A stretch of 63,621 nt of DNA, filler included, from Olpidium bornovanus S191 (taxonomy: Eukaryota > Fungi > Olpidiomycota): assembly GCA_017911155.1 (NCBI GenBank). It is 30 parts of 30 records of this genome, joined end to end, with 100 filler letters (N's around TTAATTAATTAA, not from the genome) between each part and the next. Parts side by side here need not be neighbours in the genome. Positions count along the whole stretch, not along the records: positions 34,610 to 36,082 come from JAEFCI010000980.1; positions 36,183 to 40,396 come from JAEFCI010000006.1; positions 40,497 to 41,538 come from JAEFCI010009689.1; positions 41,639 to 44,011 come from JAEFCI010000848.1; positions 44,112 to 46,123 come from JAEFCI010007796.1; positions 46,224 to 50,153 come from JAEFCI010007678.1; 24 more parts are not named here. One strand, 5' to 3'. Under the pieces are notes generated by a model. That model was not told the origin of the DNA, made no database searches, and saw nothing but the letters and a program-made list of their open reading frames with translations. The position numbers and the translations under genes are program-made. Each line of letters starts with the position of its first letter. The first letter of the stretch is position 1. This document shows, piece by piece, positions 35,222 through 47,439 of the stretch.

Positions 35222-36016
35222 ATTTTGACGGAGGCTTCAACAGGGCACGTTGGATATGTCAGAACGCGTAATTTGCGTACGTTGGTATGCGCACGTGTCA
35301 CGCGTCGTGGCGTCATGTTCGACCACAGGCTCCGTTTCAAACGCGAGACCGGCGCCCACTCTGCCAACAAAATCCCGTCGCTGGTTTCCTCGAGAGCGTT
35401 CGGTTGAACGTCTGTGCGGAGTATAAGACAGGGTTTGCGGGGGGGGGCGGGCTTGTCGTGGGAGCGAGCGTGCGTGCGTGTGAGCGCGCGTCGGCAGGGA
35501 AGAGGAAGAGGCGGGGGCGGGGATGGCGGCGGCGAGGCGAGTCAGGCGAAGCGGGGGAGAGGGAGAGAGGAGAGCCCCCACTCTGCGATTAAACCGCGCT
35601 CGCCCAATCGGCGGGAAGGGCCGAGTTGCGCGAGGCGGCGGAGGGAGGAGGGGACGAAGCAGGAGTCGGACGGAGGGAAAGCCGGGCGGGGCGGGGTGTA
35701 AGGGAACGAGGGGCGGGCCCCTCCCTCCTCCCCTTTGGTCGCAATGATAACGAGCGGGAGCGCGCGCGCGCGCGTGCGCATGAGAGGGCGAGAGAAGAGA
35801 GAGAAGAAGAAGAAGGCAAAAAAGAAATTGACTTTTTTTTTTTTTTTTTCTCTCTCTTTTTCTTTTTTTCCGACGAGACCCCTGCCAGGCCCCCCCGCCC
35901 GCCCGCCCGCCGCCGCCCTTCTCTCCTCCGCCCTTCTGCGCATAACAGGCAACAAGGCCGACGCGCGTCCGCCCTTTCCTCCTCCCTGCTCTCTTCCCCC
36001 GCGGCCGCCCCTCTTC

Positions 36017-36017
<1 letters not shown>

Positions 36018-36079
<62 letters not shown>
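36018..36079. repeat. 62-nt poly(C) run at a contig end
   Basis: Directly visible. Similar runs occur at about 7680-7722 (G) and 61052-61122 (C). Confidence 0.9.
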
Positions 36080-36080
<1 letters not shown>

Positions 36081-36259
36081 CGNNNNNNNNNNNNNNNNNN
36101 NNNNNNNNNNNNNNNNNNNNNNNNNNTTAATTAATTAANNNNNNNNNNNNNNNNNNNNNNNNNNNNNNNNNNNNNNNNNNNNTCCTTCACGTGCACCGGG
36201 AACTTTATTATTACACGGAGCAACGTCCACTGCGCGCGAAAAGGTGCGGACCAGCAACG

Positions 36260-39200
36260 GTTATTTGAGGGCTTGGCTCACCCGTCCGCTCCCCTTTGCA
36301 TGAAGCAAGTAAGAATAACCCCGATGTAAGCCCGAATGTCCATATTCTTCTCCAGTTCGAGTTGGCGGAAGAGTGGGCCGATGTGCGTCCCCGCGGCGGC
36401 TGCCGTCAGGAATGGCGGCAACATCAACAGCGCGACCCAACATCTCAGCTAATGGAAAGGCAGCCGATTCCTTTTAGAAAGCTATGGGCTGCCGCGAGGA
36501 GAAGAGGCGCGTGGAGAAAACGGGTCCACCTCGATGCCGCAGCCGACCTTAATTCTGTACTCCAACTGGTTCTGATATACGACATGCTTTACGCGCGTCT
36601 GTGCCGTGTCCATCAGCCTGGCGAACAGGTCCTCGGCGAGGTCAATATGCGCGGGGTTCTCCGGGTCCCAGTGGATGACGACCGACTGAACCTGCACTCT
36701 GACTAAGTAATCAGATTGCGAAAAGACGACTGCAGCAGTGCTAAAAGAAACAGATAACAAGAATTATATAAGCCGTTTGAGACAACGCAAATTCCCGCCG
36801 ATTCGGCCAGAGTTGATGATGGCGCCAAAATGCAGCTTCGTGGTCGGACCTCGCCGTTTCACGCCCCGCACACTTACTCCCTCTCCAGCGCAACACAGTC
36901 AGCCCTCTCCTCCGCCTCTGCCTTCATCGCGAGTGCCGCCTGTTGCTTGAACGCGTCCGAATCCCTCATTGGCCCCCACAGCAGCTGGCGGACGAATTCC
37001 GCTTGCCAGGAGCGCATGTGCTCGAAGGCGCACGGATCCGAATCCGACTGCCTCCAAAATTCGTACAAGCGCGTCGATACGCGAGTGAAAACGTGGGGCT
37101 TGACCTCACCCAGGTCGGCCAACGCGCCGAAAACCTACTCGGGCGAGAAAGCAGGCAAAACCGTTAAAGTACACCTGGCAGCTTTCCGAGAACTGCCCAT
37201 AGGCATCCTTGCCAGACCTTCCTGGAGAGATCACTAAGGGCCGCCGAGCGCAGCACGGCCGGGCAAAAGGCAAAGTCGGTGAATGCGACTGAGAGCGGCG
37301 CGAACCACTGCGAGATGGACTTGTTCGCCAGGACGAGATCGAGGCCGAACTCGAGGCAGACCGCCATCTAGAACGTTCGGCCCCCCAAGCCGTAGATGTC
37401 AGATCCTTCTTTTTCACCGCTCACAAAAACTGCGAAAAAGGATAGAACTCACTTTCTCGGCGTTCCAGACGTGTCGTGCAGCCACGAGACGTCCCAGACA
37501 GCGGAACATGGCGGTACTATCGTCGCACGTCGCATTTTCGAGAGCGGCCGAAAGGCGGTCGAGCACGTATCCGGGGTCAAAAAGCGGGGCGACGCCTGTC
37601 TGCGGAGAGCGGTAATTCGAATAATGCTCATGCCGTCTCCATACTTCTTCGCAAAGCCCTGGTGCCTGCTAGCACTTACCGCGCAAACCCACTCGACGAC
37701 CGCAGACACTGCATTCCACTTGGCCGGCTCGAACGCCATGAAAAGCTTTTGCCACTCCGCCGACCTACGGAATGCCGTGGGCGCATGCATACCCGGCGGA
37801 TTCCGTTAACCTACAGCAAAACTCATACCCATCATCGTGGACAAAACTGAACCCCCACCCGCTGCTCGATGGCCCGACTGGCCGCCTAATCGTCTGCCGT
37901 AAAATGCCCGCGATGTCCTGCTGCAGCGGCTGCCAGTCGGGCGGCACGTTTCGCGCCTTCATCGCACCGAAGACGACGTTCACCAAGAGAAAGGCTTTGA
38001 CCTTGCTCAGCTCAGTCCCGAGAATCCGTTCTTTCGGCGCGACACCAGATTAATCGCGGGTGTCATTTTAATCATAATTGACCCGCCGCATGCACCTATG
38101 GAACGCACCGCATTCCCCGTTGCCTGCAATCCGCAAGGTAGCGATGGAATCGTTGTACAGCAATCTCAGGAACTCCTCTTCGTTCCTGCATGCCTGTCGG
38201 TCGGCTGCTGGGACCGCCAGGCATCGCGTCATCGCATCGACTAGATCCACGGCGAAAGAGAAGTCTACCAGTTTGCAGGAACGCGGGGTGAGGCGAAGTG
38301 TTTGGTGGGCGGCCGCCCCGCGCGCCTCGAGAGTAACGTCTGCATCGCCTACCGTCGCATTCAACTAGCTCATTCTTAACGTATACCAATGCTCTTGTCA
38401 GCCACGACTCCACGCCGATTACCTCCCTAAGAACTGGGCGGAAAATTTCGCGTTGTCAACTCGCGAAACGAGATAAAAAAAAGGGGGGGTAGGGAGGGGG
38501 AGAAAAGGAAAAGGCATAGGAGATGTAACGCGCAGACAAAAAGGAAGAGAAATAGCCGGACTTACTCTGAAGTTCCGCATGCCGTTCGCCGCATTCCGCC
38601 AGCAACTCGCCGGCCAGTATGGCCAGCTTCACCTTGACGGTCGGCGGCGCGTACGGCCGCGTGTACACTGTCGCGAGCATGTCGGCGACTTCCCGAAAAG
38701 CCGTCTCCAGCGCCCTCGCGTCGCCGCGCAAGAACCCGGCAAAGAGGGCAAGCCGTCGAGCCTTGCGCTTCCAATCCGATCGCGGCTCGTGCACCGCAGC
38801 GAGGTGAGCCCTAACTGCGTCTCGGATATTCTCTGCGAGCATGAAATTCTTGCGGAGGGGGAAGGGGTGGTGGGGGGGGGGGGGGGGGGGCCGGGGCGCA
38901 GGGAAACGGAAACAAGGAGTGCGGCAGCATTTTACAAGCATCAATATCCGCGGCAACCAATTGCGGCTCCAAAAGTACCATGCCAAGTCCCCGAACCTCT
39001 GTCAGCAACGCGCGGACGCGTTCCACGTAGCGCGGTTGCGCTCGCTCGGCTAGCAGCGTCACGGATCTAATTGGAGAACAAGGAGGACAACAGAAGCATT
39101 TAAGATTTGCGGGACGCGCGTCCGCGAGGTCGCCTCCAGCTGGAATCCGTCCCCCCAAATAATCGAGAAAAAAATCCGCCGTACCTTAAAAGCGACTCAA

Positions 39201-40396
39201 ATTTAACGACCTTAGGATCGCAAAAATTTGCCACGGCAGCCAGCCCAAAGCGGCAGATGAGGTTCCGGACCCGAAGGTTTCTGAAATCAGAACAGATAGT
39301 TGAGAAAAGTATCCCTCGGCGACAGAAGGGGGTGGAAGGATGGAAGGTGGAGACAAGGGTCCCGCGCCAACAGTGAGACAGTTCACTCACGACGTAAACC
39401 GGTGCCTGTCGAGTTCGTCAAACACGGCAAGGTCCTCATCTCCCAAAGTCCGCCCGGCCGTTTCTTTGGCGGGCGGGACACGCTCGAGTGCCTGCATCAC
39501 GTACAGCGCGACAACTGGGTGCACTGCCTCGTTCGACAACACCACGCGAAGCGTGCGGTGGACGAACGCTTGCTGAAGGTCGGAAAGAATGGGTATGAAT
39601 TGGTATTACCTGCCATCGAAGAGGCGACGAAAGAGGGGAAAAGCCGTTTTCCCGCTTGCCGCCTATATTCGCACCATTTGTCCCGAACTATCCGCAGACG
39701 CGATCATTAGCTCGAACAGGCGCGTCACTCCTTCGCCGAACTGGGAAACAAACGTCCCCACGCCGGCGACGGCAAAGAACGAGAGATTGGTACTAACAAA
39801 CTCCAGCATGGGACCTAATGTCGCAAAAAAAGTTTCCCGCGGGACGCGGGGCAAAACCCAAGCCGTCACAAAGATGTTTTCTGCACAAAAGCAAATCCGC
39901 CGAATACATGCAGTTAATCGTTACAAGAGAAATTCTACCTAGCATGAAGTCTACCTCCCCAACGAGGCGCCTGGCCAAAGATGGATCATCTCGAACGCAG
40001 AACACCATGAAGTCGGCAACCCTACGGCGCACGCTCGTCATATCGTTGTCGAGCCCGCGGGTCAAGAGGATCGTCCACCACGACGGGTCCAGATGCGGCT
40101 CGTTCCCACCGCGCGAGCAGTGTTTAATAAAGTTGGAAAGGCTTGGCAAGGCAGGCTTTGCGAAGACGCGAACAATGTGGGGGGAGGGGTGAGGTTACGT
40201 GCGACAGCAATGATCGCCAGTCGAAATCGCCGATGAGGAAGATGGCGTACCTCGACGAGATGGACGCTGCTCTCGTGCATGATGTCGTAGAGAAAAAAGA
40301 ACGATCCCCACAGTTCATCGAGCTTTTCCTCCCACCGCGGGTCCCACTGAAAGTAGGGCGTCCAGGCGGGACCACTCGAAGCCTCGCCTTCAGCGA
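36260..40396 (-). CDS. TRM3: tRNA Gm18 2'-O-methyltransferase Trm3/TARBP1, long N-terminal alpha-solenoid region, about 11 exons, both ends partial (SpoU domain absent from this contig)
   Basis: WGSFFFLYDIMHESSVHLVE / PALPSL...HLDPSWWTILLTRGLDNDMTSVRRRV resembles the Trm3/TARBP1 segment E..IH...P..HPSW. Also QLLWGPMRD and LFRQLELEKNMDIRAYI. Exons are consistently on the minus strand across the contig. Confidence 0.68.
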
Positions 40397-40496
40397 NNNN
40401 NNNNNNNNNNNNNNNNNNNNNNNNNNNNNNNNNNNNNNNNTTAATTAATTAANNNNNNNNNNNNNNNNNNNNNNNNNNNNNNNNNNNNNNNNNNNN

Positions 40497-41433
40497 AGTC
40501 GGAGCCAGGAAAAAAACGTGGCCGACCGGGCCAGTTTCCCTCGTACCGGTATATGTCTCTCAGGTTCCCGATGAACTCCAGAAACACGTCGTTTGGCAGG
40601 GATGTTACTCCCATGTCGAACGTTTGCACCGGAGTGCCGTACAAAGTCGTTCCCTGGCGGCGGCCGCGGTAAAAATCCCCCCCCAGGTCAGAGGGATACA
40701 AACCCAAAAGCAGATCGAAGCCGCCGCGTTTGCCGTGCGGCTGCAAACGGCGTCGGCCGACGGGGACCGTCCAAAAAGCGAACGCACAGGCTGAGCTGCG
40801 AGGATCCCTTGACCGAAGTACCATTCGGTGTCGTACACCACGACGCTCGTGTGCCTTCGGGACAGGACGCCCAAACGCGGGGTCAGGCTCCGCCTCTTTC
40901 CAAAAAAGTCGGGGCTTTTGACGCGGCAGGACCGAGCGGTCAGGCTTTCGACTCGAACACCGACCATATGCCGTCTGAACGCGAACGCCCGAGGTGTCGC
41001 ACGGTCAAAGTTGGGCCCGCCTAGATCCGCCTTTCCCTCTCCCACACCCCCCCCCTCGTCGTGCACCAATAGAAGAGGTTCTCTTTTGCAGGGCGGCGGG
41101 GCGGCTCACCTATCTGCGTTCCTGTCAGTGCTTGAGAAAGCAGCCTGGCCATCCCCTGCGCGAACAGGCGAAGGGTGGGAGGAGAAGGCGCACATTCAGA
41201 ATCTTTCACGGCGCCGCCCCACGCGCATCGGAGCCCGAAAGGCGTTTATCTCGGATTGGTCGTCTCTCTGGTTGCAAATCCAGGAGGGGGTCTCGGAGGG
41301 GACAGACGAACAGCGGGCGCAGCGTTCGGGCGAGCCGTCGCCGGCGTCCTCTGACCTTGCTGAGGTCGTACAGGTAAACGGTGACCGGGAAGCCGGCGCC
41401 CTCGCCGCTGCCGCCGCCGCCGCCCGTCGCCAT
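40497..41433 (-). CDS. DESI1: PPPDE-family deSUMOylating/deubiquitinating isopeptidase (DESI1-like), 3'-partial, 5 exons
   Basis: VTVYLYDLSK / GMARLLSQALTGTQI / DGIW / HTSVVVYDTEWYFGQGILAAQP / GTTLYGTPVQTFDMGVTSLPNDVFLEFI. The catalytic His motif IWHTS is intact. Confidence 0.93.
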
Positions 41434-41506
41434 GCCTAGGAGGGGCGTAGGTGCGGGCGCGCGGCGTTCGTCGGTCGTTTTCTTCCCCGCTCCTTTTCCT
41501 TCCAAG

Positions 41507-41538
<32 letters not shown>

Positions 41539-41638
41539 NNNNNNNNNNNNNNNNNNNNNNNNNNNNNNNNNNNNNNNNNNNNTTAATTAATTAANNNNNN
41601 NNNNNNNNNNNNNNNNNNNNNNNNNNNNNNNNNNNNNN

Positions 41639-42480
41639 AAATGGCAGCTGTCGCTTTGCAGGCACGGCGTTTGAGATCCGCGCTTTGCGGGTCGCAGTGG
41701 CTCCTGAACGGAAGCTTGATTGCGGTGCAAGCGGCACGCTGCACGACGAGCTGGGCCCCTGGATGGTCAGCGAGCGCATCCTGCAGGCGGTCGCACGCAA
41801 GAAAACGCTGTTCCACACGTTCGTAAAGCGGCTGTCTCCCCGCAGCAGCAGCAGCCGCGCAGGGTCCTGCCGCCTTTCCATTTGTTGCCTGGCTACGCCC
41901 GCGCGTTCGTCGGGGAGTCGGCGAGACTTGCGGCGCCGGGACCCTTCCGTTTCTTCCTCTTCGTCTGCCCGCCTCTTCCTCTTGTCGTTCCGGCGCCGGC
42001 CGGGCGCGGGGGGAGGTGCGCGGCGAACGTGGGTCTCGATCCACTCGTCCATCTGGACGGGATTTCGGTCATCCTCAAGGCGGTGATGACGTCCGGACGC
42101 GTCTCCAGCATACCAACCGCCCAGGCCAACGCGTCATTCACGGAACGAATCCCTTGTATCCCCAATACGACTGCCAAACTCGCCAGCAACAAGAGATGGG
42201 CAGTTCGCATGTGCTGGCAGAGGTATTCGAAGGATACGGCCAGTTCCAGGGCGCATCCTCGGAGCGATTGCCCAGGTTTTGGTAGGACGCCTGGACGCCG
42301 GGCGGCTCGTCGTTCCGGCTAAGGCCGGCGCCGCTGCTCCCCGTTGCGCACGCGCCTTGGCTGCTGTTGCGCGAAACCAATGGTTGGCGATAACGGGTAG
42401 CCTGCCTCGACGAAGTTCCGGTATCGGGGTTGCCGCCTCCCACAATTTGCTCCCCGGCACGGGAAGTGCGGTCCGAGTTG
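41639..42480 (-). CDS. Possible hypothetical gene fragment (frame unresolved)
   Basis: Protein-like segments such as PLYERVEQRFLACDRLQDALADHPG after an acceptor. Several competing frames exist on both strands. Confidence 0.25.
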
Positions 42481-43233
42481 GCAAAAGACGCGCGAGTCTC
42501 GCGAGGCCGGGGGAGGGAGGGGCGGGAGGAAGCGCAGGAGGGGCCGCTCGGCCGCGCGTTCCGCTGCCGGCGGGGGAATCCCCCGCGGGGCGGCGGAGCG
42601 TGCGCGCGCGTTTTTTTTTTCTTTTCTTTTCTCTCTCTCTCTCTCCTCGTTCCTCTCGCTCTCTCTCTCTCTTCCCCCAGCGCAGAGAGGAGAAGGGGGC
42701 AAAAAAAGAAAAAAAAAAAAAAAAAAAAAAACCGCCGGGAAGCGGACAATGCGGTCCCGAGCACCGACCGGCGAAAAGTCACAACGGAAAGGAGGCATGT
42801 CATGGTTGTCGTCGGCCAAAGAGCCCGCGTCGTATCGATCGATTTCCCTTTCAAACAGTCCCCCGTCTCTTCTCATCGGTCAACTCGGCGCGTTACGCAC
42901 ACAAGGAAAAAATCCCTTCACAAAATTCGGTAGTGGACCGTGCTTCTGGGCGGGCCAGCGGGGCAAACCACACCAGCCCGTCGCCGACAAACCGACCGGC
43001 TGTCCTGGGCTCTTTGAAGTCAGCCCCGCATTCCGCCTTCTACAAAGCGCTTTGTGGTGGATATGGGCGAGCTGTCTACAAATTGATGATCTCAAGGACA
43101 GTCGTAGGAAAATCATCCCGCCGTGTATGTCTCGGTGCAGACCGGCCGCCGCTATGGTTCAGCGGTTTGCGCTCTTTTCCCCCTCCCATCCTTCCTTCTT
43201 CCCCTCAGGATTCCGACCTCACCACCGTCCGCC

Positions 43234-44011
43234 TTAAGCGTAAAACCTGGTTGCGTTGCGCGCACGTAAAAAGCGGCAAAGTGGCGAAAACGCAGGACGA
43301 CCCCGGGGAGAAGGGGGGGAGAGAGGAAGTCGCCTGTCAGCATTAGGTTTTCGCTGTATGTCGGAAAACTCGGGAAGCCCGACGGAGGATCGTCGTTCCC
43401 CGCTTCCACTCCCCTCTCTTCACCTCCCCTCCCCCCCCCCCCCCCCCCCCCCGACCCACTTTTTGTTGATCAGGAAAATCAGCAGGTTCAGGTTAACCTT
43501 CACCGCGCCATCAAACAGGCGGATCATCTGCAGCCCGTCGAATTGCGCTTGGAGCAGGTCCTCGATTCTCAGCTCCTCCTCGCCACCCGGGATCTTTGCG
43601 CCGAACAACGAAGCTTCGATGCGGAAGACGCCGTCCTCGTCCGACGACACCGTGATGCTCAGCTTGTCCAGCTGCTTCAGGCTGTAATCTTCCACGGAGA
43701 GCAGCACGCCCTTTTGAATGAGCTTTTCGGCCGTGTACTTGTAAGACCCGAACTGCGGGATCTTCCCAGACTTCTTGAGCTCCCGTTGGTGAAAGTATTG
43801 TCGGGAGAACGGCACCGTCCGCGGTTTCTTCGCCCTTTTTTGATCCGGGGTGCGCGACCGATTTCGCGAATTTCAGCGATCGACCTTTCAAACTAGAGGT
43901 ATCGGCAAATCGCTCGCCCGCGTGCTAGCTTTCCCCCCCTCGGGCCCCCCCCCCCTTTTGATTTCGCAAAGGAGGACGGCTCACTTGTCTTTTCTCCTAA
44001 GGTGGGTCATG
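43234..44011 (-). CDS. IQG1: IQGAP (Iqg1/Rng2/SepG-like) extreme C-terminal domain, 5'-partial, 3 exons
   Basis: PFSRQYFHQRELKKSGKIPQFGSYKYTAEKLIQKGVL...ITVSSDEDGVFRIEA...IEDLLQAQFDG...VKVNLNLLIFLINK / KFYA* is the fungal IQGAP C-terminus. Confidence 0.92.
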
Positions 44012-44111
44012 NNNNNNNNNNNNNNNNNNNNNNNNNNNNNNNNNNNNNNNNNNNNTTAATTAATTAANNNNNNNNNNNNNNNNNNNNNNNNNNNNNNNNN
44101 NNNNNNNNNNN

Positions 44112-44166
<55 letters not shown>

Positions 44167-44509
44167 AAAAAAAACAACACGTTCGATTTCCTCTCGCCCG
44201 CGCACCAACACCCGAAAAAAAAAAAAACCATCATCCCGGCGCCCCCCTGACCCCCCTTCCTCTTCCCCCAACCCCCCCAAACACATACACCCTTCCACCT
44301 CCCCCACTCACACACGCCGACCGGAGAGGAGGATAGAGAAAGAAGTGGGAAAAGGAAAGGGAGGGGGGACAAAATAATGTTCCTCTGGGATCCGCGAAGA
44401 GCGTTCGGCTTCGGCAAGCGGGCTCTCGCCCAAGCGTGCGCCGGCAGAAAAGGAAAAGGAGGGGGAGCGGGAGAATCCGCCGGCCGTCCCAACGGAACAT
44501 GCGACCATG

Positions 44510-45116
44510 TCATGACCGAAGTCGAAGAGCTGCAAATCTCGGCACGTCTTTCTTTTTTGTTTGTGGAGCGATTCCCCACCGCCACAACTCCTTTGTTGCG
44601 GGAACACAAAAAGTCCCCGTCCCGTCCCCCGCCCCCTTTTCCCCAACCCCCCTGGCGGGCTGTGTGAATCAAGACCGCTCACATATTCCAACCCCCTTCT
44701 TCGCCCCCTCTTTCCCCCCCAACCCATCCACTCGGAACAACCCTCCTTTATGCCACACATTGGGGAAATTTCCGTTCGTACATCTTCGACTTCCCACCAA
44801 CGCCATTCCCTTCCCCCCCCCCTCTCCCCGCCCGGCGCCCAGTCTTACAGCGGGTATCCCTACCACGTCGCATGCCCCGGTCTGTCCCCGTCGGCGGGCT
44901 GGCCCGGGCAGCGCCAGGAGAGTTTCGGGAGGCAGCACGTCGGCGGCTTCCTCGAGAACGGATACATCCCGAACCAGACGCTGCCGTTCGGGACCACGGC
45001 AGCGGCGGCGGCGGCGGCGGTGCGTTTAATTTTTTTTTAATTGGACGGACTTTCCCTTTTTGTTTCTTTTTTCCCGTTTTTTTTTCCGGCATTTTCTTTT
45101 TCTTTTTTTCTTTTTT

Positions 45117-45148
<32 letters not shown>

Positions 45149-45852
45149 TTTTTCTTTTTCTCTTTTTTTCTTTTTTTCTTTTTCTTACTTTTCTTTTGTT
45201 CCCTTTTTTTCCTTTTTTTTTTCTTTTTTGTTTTCCCTTTTGGCCCCTAATTCTTTTTCAATTTTATTGCTTTTGTCTCTTCTTAATTCTTTTTTGCCTT
45301 CTGTTTCCTCCTTTTATATTTCGCCACCCAGCTGTCCCGGCCGAACGAGAGCTCGATCATGATGGACGTGGATGACGGTATCAATGCTCCTTTCCCAATC
45401 GCTGCTGCCAACGACGGCAATCTGGTAACGTACCCCTCCCCTGCTCACCCCCCTCCCACCCCCCCAGGGGTGTGAATTAGAGAGTCCGCGCCCGTTTTCT
45501 GGCAATAGCTCACGCGAAGCCGCCCCGCCTTCCCGGCTTTCGCAACCGGACAGAAGCGGCGCGCTTCGCCCGACCCGGATCAGGACACGCGAATGGTTCA
45601 CATGGTGGGAGTATGCGGCGAAGTAGGAGCAGCAGCGGCCGGCGTAGGCCGCCGAAAGAGCGTCAGCATTTTTGCGCTCGAACCTCGGGAGGCGAGGGCG
45701 GCGAAGCTGGCTGCGTGGAGGAGGCTATCGGCTGACCTGGGCGTCCACCTGCCCGAGAACGTAATCTTCGACGCGGAGGCCGAGGCGGAGACAGGGCTGC
45801 CCAAAGAATCCAACGTTTTCGGCCGCAACTCGTCGGGCGGCATTTGCAGAGT
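44510..45852 (+). CDS. Multi-exon hypothetical protein
   Basis: Exons with GT-AG borders separated by T-rich introns (SGYPYHVACPGLSP...; LSRPNESSIMMDVDD...; DTRMVHMVG...KLAAWRRLSADLGVHLPENVIFD...). No family recognised. Confidence 0.5.
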
Positions 45853-47220
45853 GGTGAGTGCTTTTTTCCGCGTCTTCTTCTTCATAGTCACCTGTTTTCT
45901 TTTTTTGTGTGTGCGTGTTCGTGTGCGTGTGCGTGTGCTGTGATTCGGGGAAAAAACCTAGGATTTAAATCGTAAAGGCCCACGTAATTCGGGTTTTTTT
46001 CGGCAAACTGACTTGATCTCGCAATTATATCCCGCTGCCCGCCCACCACCACGGTTCGGACTCCTGGAGAAATGGAGCCGCGGATCAAAAACGCCCCTCG
46101 AGGGAACGCCGCTCTTCAGCATGNNNNNNNNNNNNNNNNNNNNNNNNNNNNNNNNNNNNNNNNNNNNTTAATTAATTAANNNNNNNNNNNNNNNNNNNNN
46201 NNNNNNNNNNNNNNNNNNNNNNNCATGATTTTTTCTCCGCGATAGGCGACTTGGCAAATGCGACGGCATACGTCGAGGGCGGCAGCATCAACTCCAGGTT
46301 GAGAGCGTACACTGACGAGGGGACAATAAAGAAAGTCAGGACAAGGCATCTGCTCATCTTCTTTGTCAGAATCGCTGTGCCCGTGAACAGTGTCCCCCTT
46401 GCTCTCGGCGTCAGAATCGCTGCTGCTTGAACTGCAGCAGCTGCTGTCGTTTTCGTTGTCGGTTGAATTCCTCCAGCCTGCTCTCTTCGCACTCCGGAGA
46501 AAGGCTTTTTTCTTCTTTAGAAGCTTCTCAGATGGTGTTGGCGAGCGTCCTCATCCTGCGGTGTCTAGTGAAGTGACGTGGAAGAAAGTATGCATAAAAG
46601 AAAGCCTCCCAGGTGACGTAAGCTCGTTCTGGTTCATCATAAAGGATGCACTTGAAGGAGCGGTCACGTCGTTTGTCGTGCCGGCACTGTAGGTGTCGTT
46701 CCAGTGCTGGCTTTCTTCCGGCAAGGTGCACCGGCATGAGCCGACAGGACAAACGAGCGGGACGGTTGGCATCGTCGATTCTGTGGGAAGTACGTGCACC
46801 AGCCCAGCCTCTGGTGCCGTCAGGACCAGGAAAACGAAGGCGCAGCACGTACAGCACTGCGGAGAGAGGGGGGCGCGGAGACGCGGTCGTCCGGTGTCGG
46901 CAGGGCAAGGTCGTCGGGAGAGGAGGGTTGTTGCGCGGGGCGGAAGGTTGGCGTGTCTCGAGGGAAAAAAAAAAAAAAAAAAAAAAAAATGCGCACCAAG
47001 TTAAATTATGCGCACTCTGTAAGCTGTTATTTTTCCTTCTGGATTGACTCCCTGACCGAGGATTGCCGAGGAAAAGCCGAGGAAAACACAACTGACCTCG
47101 GCTGCACTCGTCCCCTGGGCTTCGTAGTGCGCAACAAGAAAATATTTCTCTTGAGAGAGAAAGAGAGAAAGAGGGATTCCCCCTCCCGCGCGCTCGCCTC
47201 CGCCCTCGTTTTTTCGCCGC

Positions 47221-47262
47221 GCCCGCCGCCCGCCGCCCGCCGCCCGCCGCCCGCCGCCCGCC
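47221..47262. repeat. 7-bp tandem repeat (GCCCGCC)n x6
   Basis: Directly visible. Confidence 0.85.
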
Positions 47263-47439
47263 GCCGCCGCCCCCCGCCACTCCTCCGCCTTTTCCCCCCT
47301 CTTCTCCCTCCCTCTCCCCGCCAAACACGCCACCGCACACACCCCCGCCCCCGCGGCAAGGAGAGAGGCCGCAGAACAAAACATACCGCCCGTCTTCGCC
47401 CCCCTCGCCCTCCGTCAAAAACCCCTCCTTTTCCCCGCC

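Noticed and set aside
35257-35430. Possible solo LTR TGTC...GACA (174 bp)
   Set aside because: The flanks (GATA versus GGGT) give no target-site duplication, and 4-bp inverted ends arise easily by chance.
46224-46800. Minus-strand frame of about 190 codons broken by one TGA at 46551 (readthrough or pseudogene?), with a gag-like TWEAF phrase in another frame
   Set aside because: An alternative reading as a short terminal exon (CAG|DEDARQHHLRSF*) fits equally well. No family was recognised and the gag resemblance is too weak.
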